Source: Nitrospirota bacterium
GTDB taxonomy: Bacteria > Nitrospirota > Thermodesulfovibrionia > JACRGW01 > JBFLZU01
Assembly (NCBI GenBank): GCA_040756155.1
Contig: JBFLZU010000065.1
Span: forward strand, 1-51,236
Length of the DNA: 51,236 nucleotides
Direction: 5' to 3'
Positions 23,769 to 31,499 of the stretch are shown here, piece by piece (positions within the stretch are counted from its first letter, which is position 1; every line of letters begins with the position of its first letter). The notes under the pieces were generated by a model. The model saw nothing but the letters and a program-made list of their open reading frames with translations, was not told the DNA's origin and made no database searches. Both the position numbers and the translations under genes were made by a program.

Positions 23769-24694
23769 ATATAACCTCCTACCTCTGGTGGTAATGCTGT
23801 GGCAAAATCCCACGATGCAGGGCTCTGTCCTATCTTTATACACCCAGAAGATCGTGGAAAGACCATCTGCAATTTATCATCTTGGGTGGGCTGGAAGTGA
23901 AGGGGAATGAACCCTACTCTACCTGTAACAAAGGGTTTTGATGCAACACTTACAGCCCTGAAACAGGTTGCAGCACTTGCAACTGCACTGCTATTGGCAA
24001 TCATAAGTCCAGTTCTCGGATATGTCGCACCCCATGTCCCCATGCATGCATCTTCAACTGATATAGCGTCTCCAATTAATGGAATCCCGCTTAGAGAACA
24101 AATCTGAGAAGCACCTGCGGTAGCAGATGCAAGCCATTTAAATGTAAAATAATCAGCAGCACCAGTCCTCCAGTTAACAATATCTACCTCTGAGAGATAA
24201 TTTACAGCATAAGGAAGTGTGAGGTCTTTTTTGCACAGTCCGAATATTGCCTGAACAGGATTTTTTATATATCCGAGAAATGAAAAAGTCACAACATGGG
24301 CTTCATGGTAGAAGGAATTCGTCTGATAGAATGAACTCGCCCCACCTGCTCCACCAAAAAGAGATGATGCTTCTTTTAAAGGTTCTAAAAGGGTATTAAC
24401 AATGGAAAGGGAACTGCTGAATGGCTGCCTCGGTGTCTCGATAAGTAATACAGGAGACCAGTAGCACATATTTATACCAGGTAAGAGTTTCTTCTTATCA
24501 AGCCAGCATGGTCCAGCCACCTTATACTCAAGGCAACTCTTTACATTAAGTGCTGATGCTAAAGAAGTTATATCAACCGCATAGGCAGAAGAAGTGCTGA
24601 AGATTTGAAGAACTACAGTGCCGAAGCACACTAAGGACTTTAGCACTTCAGCCTTCAGAGCTTGCGTTCTGAGGTTAATCAAAATCCTTCTCAT
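23699..24694 (-). CDS. traU: F-type conjugative transfer protein TraU
   Basis: 331 aa with a signal peptide. CW..MCYW Cys/Trp-rich pattern and GTWGATYPRTG (TraU WG..YPR.G signature). Confidence 0.75.
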   Translation of the reverse strand: MRRILINLRTQALKAEVLKSLVCFGTVVLQIFSTSSAYAVDITSLASALNVKSCLEYKVAGPCWLDKKKLLPGINMCYWSPVLLIETPRQPFSSSLSIVNTLLEPLKEASSLFGGAGGASSFYQTNSFYHEAHVVTFSFLGYIKNPVQAIFGLCKKDLTLPYAVNYLSEVDIVNWRTGAADYFTFKWLASATAGASQICSLSGIPLIGDAISVEDACMGTWGATYPRTGLMIANSSAVASAATCFRAVSVASKPFVTGRVGFIPLHFQPTQDDKLQMVFPRSSGCIKIGQSPASWDFATALPPEVGGYIWVYWRKVCCCVTPGSFTGVPLL

Positions 24695-25202
24695 AAATAA
24701 TCAACTCCTTGCCTGTTACCTCTACAAGGGAGGGGGTGTGTGTTACTCCATACATCTTAAGAATTTCTATAGTAGCTGGTTGCACGGGAATTTCAAGAGA
24801 GACAATGTCAGGTCTCAGTCCACAGTCAACGCAGTAGCCATACCATAAATGAGATTTGAGACTTCGTCGTGAGCGCTCAGTCGAACGATTTGAGATTTTA
24901 GATTTGAGTGATGAAATTTCTTTCTTAGAGAAAAACAGAAACTTGCCAGTGAGGGGAACTTCGTGGGAGAGAGGAATCTTTCTAATATTGGATTTTATTG
25001 CCTGAGGAAGCGATAAAGAGCGTAATTGTACAGACTTTATTGTTATCTGAAATCTGGCATCTGTAATCTGAGTTCTGAGATCTGGGATATTATTAACCCT
25101 GCAGGTAAACCCTTCAGTGCCGATGTCAATAACATCAAAAGGTATGGTAAATATTAGAGTTATAAATACAACATTAAATCTTCTAATTATCTCAAGGAAC
25201 AT
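24675..25202 (-). CDS. Small periplasmic/membrane-anchored CxxC protein at the traW/trbB position (thioredoxin/glutaredoxin-like C-terminus)
   Basis: Start taken at Met17 (25202), because the upstream 48 nt read through two hairpins. GKFLFFS ... WYGYCVDCG ... GVTHTPSLVEV. Contains repeats at 24851-24909 and 25046-25087. Confidence 0.35.
   Translation of the reverse strand: MFLEIIRRFNVVFITLIFTIPFDVIDIGTEGFTCRVNNIPDLRTQITDARFQITIKSVQLRSLSLPQAIKSNIRKIPLSHEVPLTGKFLFFSKKEISSLKSKISNRSTERSRRSLKSHLWYGYCVDCGLRPDIVSLEIPVQPATIEILKMYGVTHTPSLVEVTGKELIIYEKDFD
24851..24909. repeat. Composite repeat copy 2 (same orientation as 23575-23634)
   Basis: GAGATTTGAGAC, then TTCGTCGTGAGCGCTCAGTCGAACGA (24863-24888; 25/26 identical to copy 1), then TTTGAGA TTTTAGA TTTGAGT. 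In frame (..KSKISNRSTERSRRSLKSH..). Confidence 0.9.
25046..25087. repeat. Six consecutive degenerate heptamers TCTGNNN (opposite orientation to TTTGAGA tracts)
   Basis: TCTGAAA TCTGGCA TCTGTAA TCTGAGT TCTGAGA TCTGGGA, read directly from the sequence. Inside the same CDS (..LRTQITDARFQITIKS..). Confidence 0.85.
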
Positions 25203-25229
25203 TTTTGACTGAACCAAAAAGAAAAATAG

Positions 25230-25269
25230 GTCAGGCATCTTGCCTGACATCCGAGGCAGGATGCCTCGG
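25230..25269 (-). terminator. Two adjacent 8-bp-stem hairpins followed by a U-tract on the minus-strand transcript (terminator/attenuator candidate between traC and the next gene)
   Basis: GTCAGGCA-TCT-TGCCTGAC (25230-25248) and CCGAGGCA-GGA-TGCCTCGG (25251-25269). The minus-strand RNA continues CUAUUUUUCUUUUUGG just before ATG 25202. Confidence 0.4.
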
Positions 25270-25305
25270 CTATTTTCTTCTTAAATTGCAATGTATTCAC
25301 CCCCA

Positions 25306-25374
25306 CCCTTACCCTCCGCCGTCAAGGGGAGGAATCTCTATACAATTCCCCTCTCCTTGCGGGAAGGGTTAGGG
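25306..25374. repeat. GC-rich imperfect palindromic intergenic element
   Basis: Arms CCCTTACCCTCCGCCGTCAAGGGGAGG (25306-25332) and CCCCTCTCCTTGCGGGAAGGGTTAGGG (25348-25374) are approximate reverse complements. Lies in the traC-downstream gap. Confidence 0.7.
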
Positions 25375-25405
25375 AAAGGGGATAAAAATCACTCAATTTA
25401 TCTAA

Positions 25406-27868
25406 TCAGTATGACACCCCATATGGATTCTCTCTTGCAGCGGTCATTATTGCATCTCTTAGCCCGTATTCCTTCTCAAGCCTGCTGAGATACGCCTTAT
25501 CCTGGTCTCTTGATGTGGTTACCCAGTAACTGAATGGGTCAAGCAGAACCCTCACAATTGTGCACCATCCTTCCGTCTTTATAAGTATCTCGTTGAAGTT
25601 CCTCTGTTTCGTTAGCGTCCTGTAATACGACAAAACCCCATCTGAAAGACCGAGTGCTTCCCTGTTTCTCTCAATAGTGTCTACATTCTGCGTAAGGAGT
25701 ATCTTATTAGGGCAGTTATCCTTAAGCACCTCAGCTACACCTTTGAAGTCATCGAGCTGTTGAGTAACAAAGATAACAGCACATCCAAAACTTCTAAAAG
25801 TTTTTACAACCTCAACAAGAAACATGAGGGTGATAGGGTCATTGAAGAGTTGCCATGCCTCATCTATTATGAGGTATTTCATTACGCCAGGATTCTTTTT
25901 GACAAACTGCTTGATGTAATAGATAAGAAGCATCACATTCACTGCAAAGAAATCTTTGTAGAGGTCAATATCGCCGAGCTGAAAACTTATAAGCCTGTTC
26001 CCCTTGAAGTCAAGCGGTGGCTTATCCCCACTGTAAAACCGTGCATATTGACCATCGCCGTAGAACGGTTTTATCTTTCTTGAAAGCTTGAGCCCGATAT
26101 CATCCTTCCTTTTAAGTATCTCTGCAACTGTCTCTATAGACGGACTCTCTGATGAACGGAAGCACTCAAGGACAGACTCACTCAATACCGCCACTTCCTC
26201 CCTTGTAATTGCCTCAGTCCCTCCTGTAGCCATCATGGAGAGGAGATGCGTGAGAAACACTCTGTGGTCATCATCCCTATCACCCCTGAAAGGGTCGAGT
26301 ATAAAGTCTATCTCCCCCTCAAATCTTATATGCTGACCACCTGCAAATCTTGTGAGTCTTTCGTATGTGTCTTTCTTATCAATGACAAAGACTATACCGC
26401 CCCTTGCAAGTGCCATCATGATGTGTTTTGACATGGTAACGCTCTTTCCTCCCCCTGTCATCCCTGTTACAAGGCAATGAGGGGCGGTGGATGATGTGAA
26501 GCTATCAAACAGATCAAGATAGATTATCTCACCCCTTCGGTTATAGTAGAAATCTGTTACCGATTTTGAGCCAGATGAATTCCTGTACAGTGGAAGCAGA
26601 TCTGCTATGTTTGAACCAAGAAATGTAAATGTCTTCTTAAGGACATCTTTTTCTGATGGCAGTTCTGGGTCATAACTAAGCGGTAATGCTTGAAGGAACA
26701 TCGCAGGAGAATTCATATCCTCCACAATAGGGATTGTGCCAGCAGACTCAAGGAAGCTTACAAATTTTGTAGATTTTGCATCTATCTCTTCATCATCTCC
26801 AAGGATTACAAAGATAAAAGATGCCTTAAAATACTTATCACCTGATGAATAGGTCTTATCAATCAGGCTATCGCACTCTTTCTTGATTATATCTTTCTCA
26901 ACAGCAACATCGCCCATCAGTCCTGCGCTGTGAAGCCATGCAAACGCCTTTCTTCTCTTCATGTAAGATTCCATCTGAGTCTGAGAAGGTTTGAAAAAAT
27001 TTACAGCAAAGATAAAATTATCTGTGATGTCATAAAGGCTTATCCCGTCTGGTTTTTCCTCAAAAAGCATATTGGGCTCTGTCACAAAAACGGTTCTGAA
27101 TTCACCTGCTTCCTCTCTCTGTCTTGCCCCCACTGGAGGCTCTTTAAATGTTATCACCCTCGTCCTTATCCCCTCAAAGACCCATTCGCAGTTCTTCAGT
27201 TCAGGCGAATTGAATAAGAACTTGTTACAGATTGGAGGCAGATGGTTATCCAGAGGTGGAGGTCTTTTAAATGTTGTTCTTGGATTTAATAACCGGTAAT
27301 GGAGATTTATCATATCTTGAGGATAGAATTTTCTATGGGAGATATTGTTCATCGTAAATGTGGACTCTATCTTTTCATCAACCCTGCTCTGCACAGATAT
27401 TCTTGATGTGCCATTATCCCTGAAGGGGAAGTATCTTACAGTGAAAAGTGTAGTTATCGTTTTTGGATAAAAGTTAATCTCATTATAAGAGAAGAATCCC
27501 CTGTATAAAGATTTCTCATACATCTCGAGATTAAAATCAAGAAGTTCTTTCATCGCAGGATTATCCGGTTTCAGGGTGTCTCTTATCTCTTTCTTTATAC
27601 GCTCATTCCCCCTGAATCCAACAGTTATCACTTGATAGAGAAACCCTTCAGGCAGGGAATTTAGAAAATTTTTCAATTTAAAAGAATACCCTTCAAGTTC
27701 AGAGGTTGATCTTCCATCAACAGGAAATCCACCCACCTCCCAGACCTGCCCTATTGAGCCATCCCTGAGGATGAATCTCCCATCCTCATAATCAACAGGG
27801 GTGAAAAGGGAAGTAAATGATTCCCCTGTATCAAAAAACGCCTTCCATGTCTTAAGGGTTATACTCAT
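25406..27868 (-). CDS. traC: F-type TraC / VirB4-family T4SS ATPase
   Basis: Walker A VTGMTGGGKSV and Walker B YLIIDEAWQLF. About 820 aa from Met43 (27868). The 42 upstream codons of the track ORF run through a GC-rich repeat (RPRSPRSPRGRG) and are rejected. Confidence 0.85.
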   Translation of the reverse strand: MSITLKTWKAFFDTGESFTSLFTPVDYEDGRFILRDGSIGQVWEVGGFPVDGRSTSELEGYSFKLKNFLNSLPEGFLYQVITVGFRGNERIKKEIRDTLKPDNPAMKELLDFNLEMYEKSLYRGFFSYNEINFYPKTITTLFTVRYFPFRDNGTSRISVQSRVDEKIESTFTMNNISHRKFYPQDMINLHYRLLNPRTTFKRPPPLDNHLPPICNKFLFNSPELKNCEWVFEGIRTRVITFKEPPVGARQREEAGEFRTVFVTEPNMLFEEKPDGISLYDITDNFIFAVNFFKPSQTQMESYMKRRKAFAWLHSAGLMGDVAVEKDIIKKECDSLIDKTYSSGDKYFKASFIFVILGDDEEIDAKSTKFVSFLESAGTIPIVEDMNSPAMFLQALPLSYDPELPSEKDVLKKTFTFLGSNIADLLPLYRNSSGSKSVTDFYYNRRGEIIYLDLFDSFTSSTAPHCLVTGMTGGGKSVTMSKHIMMALARGGIVFVIDKKDTYERLTRFAGGQHIRFEGEIDFILDPFRGDRDDDHRVFLTHLLSMMATGGTEAITREEVAVLSESVLECFRSSESPSIETVAEILKRKDDIGLKLSRKIKPFYGDGQYARFYSGDKPPLDFKGNRLISFQLGDIDLYKDFFAVNVMLLIYYIKQFVKKNPGVMKYLIIDEAWQLFNDPITLMFLVEVVKTFRSFGCAVIFVTQQLDDFKGVAEVLKDNCPNKILLTQNVDTIERNREALGLSDGVLSYYRTLTKQRNFNEILIKTEGWCTIVRVLLDPFSYWVTTSRDQDKAYLSRLEKEYGLRDAIMTAARENPYGVSY

Positions 27869-27903
27869 ATTTTCTTCTTTATGGAATATTACTTTTAGAG
27901 TAA

Positions 27904-28035
27904 ACCCCGCACCCCGCCCACGCGGGCTGCGGGGACTGCGCGGGCGGGGCTTTAGACCCCGCCCTTGCAAGAGGAAAACTTTTATCCCATTCATCCCCGC
28001 CTTAAAAGGCGGGGCATTCTGGCGTGGTGCGGGGT
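27904..28035. repeat. GC-rich nested inverted-repeat element with mutually exclusive hairpins, upstream of traC
   Basis: Outer arms ACCCCGCACC (27904-27913) / GGTGCGGGGT (28026-28035). The 8-mer occurs as CCCCGCCC (27912-27919), GGGCGGGG (27942-27949) and CCCCGCCC (27957-27964), so the middle copy can pair with either flank. A separate hairpin CCCCGCC-TTAAAA-GGCGGGG sits at 27995-28014. Confidence 0.85.
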
Positions 28036-28164
28036 AAAATTAAGTCCAAAAATGTGTCAATCTCAAAAACCATTGTAGGACGGGGCTTTAGTGCTGCAAC
28101 TCTTGGAGAGAAGTAAGAAGTGGAATAACAGCAGAAAAGGTGTTGACTTATCTCGCAAATTAAT

Positions 28165-28184
28165 TTTTTTGTATATACAAAAAA
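28165..28184. repeat. Perfect 20-bp AT-rich palindrome TTTTTTGTATATACAAAAAA
   Basis: Read directly from the sequence. Lies in the 600-bp gap between divergent traC (-) and the lipoprotein gene (+). Confidence 0.9.
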
Positions 28185-28253
28185 TATACGAGGTGTGAAT
28201 ATGAAATTTGCAAACATAAAAGAACTTCAAAGGGAAGGCAGAGTCGTCCATAT

Positions 28254-28412
28254 CGAAGAATTATTAAGGGCGAGGATTTTATGTTTCAGCTATCAAAGGA
28301 AGAATTTAATAGCTTGAGGTTCCATTTTGGCACCTCAAAAACATCTATTAGAACCACCCGAAAAACCCAAAAAGCGTATAGGTTTTCTTACAGAGTAACC
28401 AGAGGGTGTTTA
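28254..28412 (+). pseudogene. Degraded remnant of an ORF6N/KilA-N-like DNA-binding protein gene
   Basis: ..RRIIKGEDFMFQLSKEEFNSLRFHFGTSK.. matches the conserved RFP.DFMFQL.KEEF.NL..q..TS block of ORF6N-domain proteins as I recall it. The N-terminus is missing. Downstream, ..IGFLTE*PEGV.. appears only after a frame change and a stop. Confidence 0.35.
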
Positions 28413-28462
28413 CAAGGCAGGATTTTGGAAAGAAATATTGATTTGATTAAAATTTAAATTTT

Positions 28463-29086
28463 ATGATGGGTGGAATAGATATGAACAGAAGTTTAAAAGT
28501 CACCATAATTATTATAACCCTATCAATCATAGCATCTACAGTTTTTGTGGGCTGCACAACAAAACCACAGATTGTCAATTTCAGCGAAAAGGCTCTGACA
28601 CTACCAAATCATCAGAATCCAGAGATTGTTTTTATCGTGCCGCCGTATGTAATTAACAAGATTGTTCGTAATCCATTTAATAAGAATATTATATCTCTGA
28701 CGTACGTTGGAGATACGGGCGTACCCATTAGAAACGCCCTTATAGAGAAATTCAAGGATTATAATATCAAAACATTAGATACCAACACAGAAGAAAGAAT
28801 ACATGCACCTGCTGTGGTAAAAATCTGGATAGATGAGGTAGAAGCTAAAACAAAAATGCGATACTTCCCATGGCCTGCTAATACGTCTCATGTCACATAT
28901 TATGTCACAGTCACGGATATAAACAACAACTGGAGCGAAAAACTAAAGGTAAGGGCATGGGGGACTTATGGGGGCTGGCCTGAAGATAGTGCATGGGCTT
29001 CTTACAAAAATGCCTCTGAAAAACTTGTTAAGGAAATCTACAAACTCCTTATTAAAAAGGGCACGATAAAAGAGAAGAAGGGATAG
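28463..29086 (+). CDS. Hypothetical lipoprotein (only plus-strand gene inside the transfer array)
   Basis: 207 aa. Signal peptide with lipobox STVFVGC; no other motif recognised. Confidence 0.5.
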   Translation: MMGGIDMNRSLKVTIIIITLSIIASTVFVGCTTKPQIVNFSEKALTLPNHQNPEIVFIVPPYVINKIVRNPFNKNIISLTYVGDTGVPIRNALIEKFKDYNIKTLDTNTEERIHAPAVVKIWIDEVEAKTKMRYFPWPANTSHVTYYVTVTDINNNWSEKLKVRAWGTYGGWPEDSAWASYKNASEKLVKEIYKLLIKKGTIKEKKG

Positions 29087-29109
29087 CACACCCTTCGTCT
29101 CTTATTTGT

Positions 29110-30495
29110 TTATTTACCTGTTCCCCAGATGACAGTTGGCATTGTTGGCTCCTGCCATCTAATAGGGTCTTCCCCTTCCATAAGGGATTCTGACGGGGAT
29201 CTTTGGGTCTCTCTCTTAATTCTATAGGCATCGTTACCGGTTACCCTTGTTCTTCCGCCGAGGAGTCTTCTTCCGTAGTTTTCTTTGTTAAAGGTATTTG
29301 CAGCCCCTCCACCCTCTATCCCTGGCTCAGAGGTAACCCAGTTCTTTATCGCTCCATGGACAGGAGATGAGCCAGCATCTGGAGATGTTATCTTTGGGTA
29401 ATAACTCTCAGGGTAAAAAGGTACAGGTGAAAGCGTAGCCGGATCAAGAAGTTTTTTATATGGGGCATTAAAATTATCCACTCCACCTGCAATAGCAGAG
29501 CCTGCACCAGTTGCAGCGGTGATTCCCAATTCAATACCACGGGGAATCGCCACCCCTGTGACCACTTCAACTATTGCACCGAAGAGAGTTGAAGACCCTG
29601 CCTCTGCAGTCAATGTTCCTGTAATTGCACTGGTTACACCTATTTGACCAAGTATAGCTCCAATAGCATACGATGCTGCAATCGCCATAAGTGCAGCGAA
29701 GGTAACAACCACCCAGCCAAGCCAGCCCTTCATCTCCACTGATTTCTCATATATCTTTATCGCCTCCTGAGAGAAATTATGGCCTGGCATGGTCTTTATC
29801 CATCTGACACCTCCAACTTCATATATCCCTGCAGCATCTGAAACAAATCTTGGACCCATATCCATAGGGATAGCCATGTAGTAGTCCTTTGGATAAAGGT
29901 AAACCTGGACAGTTGAGGTGCATTTCTTTTTCAAGCCACTTCGGGAACATTTCTGGAAGTGGTCCTGCTTTATCCCTTCCTCTGCAAGGATGGCAATTGT
30001 AGAGAAGTTCTTTTTCATCTCAGCTGCCATAATCCACATGAACTCAGGCATGGAGATATTCTTGAATTCTACATCCCCTGAATCCCATCCCTGAGAAATA
30101 TAAAGAGTATCTGTTGATGGCTTTATAGGCTCAAGAACCAACGAGACCTCATCAAGCCCGTAGGCAAGGTGCATCTTTGCTATATAGCCCATGCCTAAAG
30201 AGGGGGAATATTTCCCAAGTATCATCACAGGTGCCTCTCTTGGAAGCCTCAAAGACTGGATCTGCCCTGTAATCTCCCGTGAGGGTATCTTTAGCATGAC
30301 TACATTCTCCCTTCCAGCCACACGCGCCCATGAGGTAAGAGAATCAGGACTTCCGTCTCTAAGATATCCTACAGAGCCAGCAAATGATACTGCCGTCTCA
30401 AAGACAAAGAAAACAAATGCTACCACTGCTGAGATTATTCTGAAGTATATGCCTGTCTTATAATACATGCTTGCTCTTTTGTTCTTCTTACTCAT
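29110..30495 (-). CDS. Hypothetical membrane protein with Gly/Ala-rich glycine-zipper-like segment
   Basis: 461 aa. N-terminal TM; central GWLGWVVVTFAALMAIAASYAIGAILGQIGVTSAITG...GITAATGAGSAIAGG; soluble C-terminal tail. No T4SS family recognised. Confidence 0.45.
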   Translation of the reverse strand: MSKKNKRASMYYKTGIYFRIISAVVAFVFFVFETAVSFAGSVGYLRDGSPDSLTSWARVAGRENVVMLKIPSREITGQIQSLRLPREAPVMILGKYSPSLGMGYIAKMHLAYGLDEVSLVLEPIKPSTDTLYISQGWDSGDVEFKNISMPEFMWIMAAEMKKNFSTIAILAEEGIKQDHFQKCSRSGLKKKCTSTVQVYLYPKDYYMAIPMDMGPRFVSDAAGIYEVGGVRWIKTMPGHNFSQEAIKIYEKSVEMKGWLGWVVVTFAALMAIAASYAIGAILGQIGVTSAITGTLTAEAGSSTLFGAIVEVVTGVAIPRGIELGITAATGAGSAIAGGVDNFNAPYKKLLDPATLSPVPFYPESYYPKITSPDAGSSPVHGAIKNWVTSEPGIEGGGAANTFNKENYGRRLLGGRTRVTGNDAYRIKRETQRSPSESLMEGEDPIRWQEPTMPTVIWGTGK

Positions 30496-30605
30496 ATATT
30501 ACATTTGAGTTAAAAACAAAAAATCTTCTAATATTTCCAAAAATAAAGGAAAGTCATCGGGGGGAAAGTGATGGGTCGCCTATGACTCTGTAAAAACTAA
30601 ATTTT

Positions 30606-30983
30606 CTATCTAATCTTCTCCATAAATGACCTTGCAGCCTTAAGGGCATCTTTGACCATATCTACATCGTAGATGAGGCCTCTGTAATAACCCGCAATGT
30701 GAAGAGCATCATAAAGCATCTCAAATTCCCTCATAAGCTTACCATTATGAACTGCTATATACTTCTGTAGTGCCTTCCTGTACGCATCAACTGATTTTGG
30801 AAGTTCTTTTTTTGTAAGACCTTTTTTAGTCTTGAGATATTCATTTATAGCCTCTAAAACTGCAAGATATGCTGTTCCAAGAGCTTCCCTTACAGACTTT
30901 ATATCTGTATATATGTTATCCTCTATAGGGACAGACTTTAATATCTCTTTTGCATTGTTTAAATATCTTAATGCCTCTTTCAC
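30606..30983 (-). CDS. Helical hypothetical protein (DUF5618-like), paralog of 13827-14201
   Basis: 125 aa, GTG start. High similarity to the 13827-14201 product along the full length. Confidence 0.5.
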   Translation of the reverse strand: MKEALRYLNNAKEILKSVPIEDNIYTDIKSVREALGTAYLAVLEAINEYLKTKKGLTKKELPKSVDAYRKALQKYIAVHNGKLMREFEMLYDALHIAGYYRGLIYDVDMVKDALKAARSFMEKIR

Positions 30984-31058
30984 TTTGTAACCTTTCTTGT
31001 TATCCTTGATTCTTCAATGAGTATTTCTCTTGTAATGTATCACCTCACTGTTTATATG

Positions 31059-31499
31059 TCAAGGTTTGCCATTCTTACTGAGAGGGTCTTTGCCGAGTTC
31101 TATTTTCTTGATTGGAATATCCTTCAGATTCGCTCCGCTCACTGCGGGCTTAGGCATGCTTATTGTTCCTCTGAAGTCCTGAAGAAACCACCTTGCATCC
31201 TTTAGCCAGATAAACACAGTATGCCCCATTACAAGGTCGTTCGTAGGGGTGATATGGTCATAGACCCATACCTCAAGTACCTCAGGAGGTGTAACAACAG
31301 GGAAGAAAGGTATGTCTGCTCTCTCAGTGATAACAGGAGCTATCTGAGCCTTCAAACCATCTGTCTTCCCCTGTGCCTTCGCATATATCTCCTGCGGTGG
31401 TAGAGTCCCTGACTTATTATTATTTATGCCGAGGGATGCACAACCACTAATAATTATTAGAGAGATTGATAGGGTCAATATAAGGGATTTTACTCTCAA
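31059..31499 (-). CDS. traV: F-type TraV lipoprotein
   Basis: 146 aa. Lipobox IISGCAS. PEVLEVWVYDHITPTNDLVMGHTVFIW resembles the TraV ..iW.aP..D..g.l motif. Position is after traB. Confidence 0.6.
   Translation of the reverse strand: MRVKSLILTLSISLIIISGCASLGINNNKSGTLPPQEIYAKAQGKTDGLKAQIAPVITERADIPFFPVVTPPEVLEVWVYDHITPTNDLVMGHTVFIWLKDARWFLQDFRGTISMPKPAVSGANLKDIPIKKIELGKDPLSKNGKP

Noticed and set aside
19716-25087. Short tandem repeats considered as a possible CRISPR array or degenerate CRISPR remnant
   Set aside because: Units are 7 bp with no spacers. They lie inside continuous ORFs, and no cas genes are present. They do not match CRISPR architecture.
25291-25488. 65-aa plus-strand ORF (MYSPPPLPSAVKGRNLYTIPLSLREGLGKGDK..)
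   Set aside because: It is a low-complexity translation of the GC-rich palindromic element and overlaps the traC 3' end on the opposite strand.

Similar artefacts are 35284-35577 (reads through the MITE-like element), 28002-28251 and 27801-28037.
27869-27994. N-terminal 42 codons of the track ORF for TraC (MNGIKVFLLQGRGLKPRPRSPRSPRGRGAGF..)
   Set aside because: This stretch is a translation of the GC-rich hairpin repeat. A TraC-like N-terminus begins at Met43 (27868).

The same logic applies to 25203-25250 (reads through twin hairpins) and to 33302-33370 (reads through the heptamer tract and overlaps traE).
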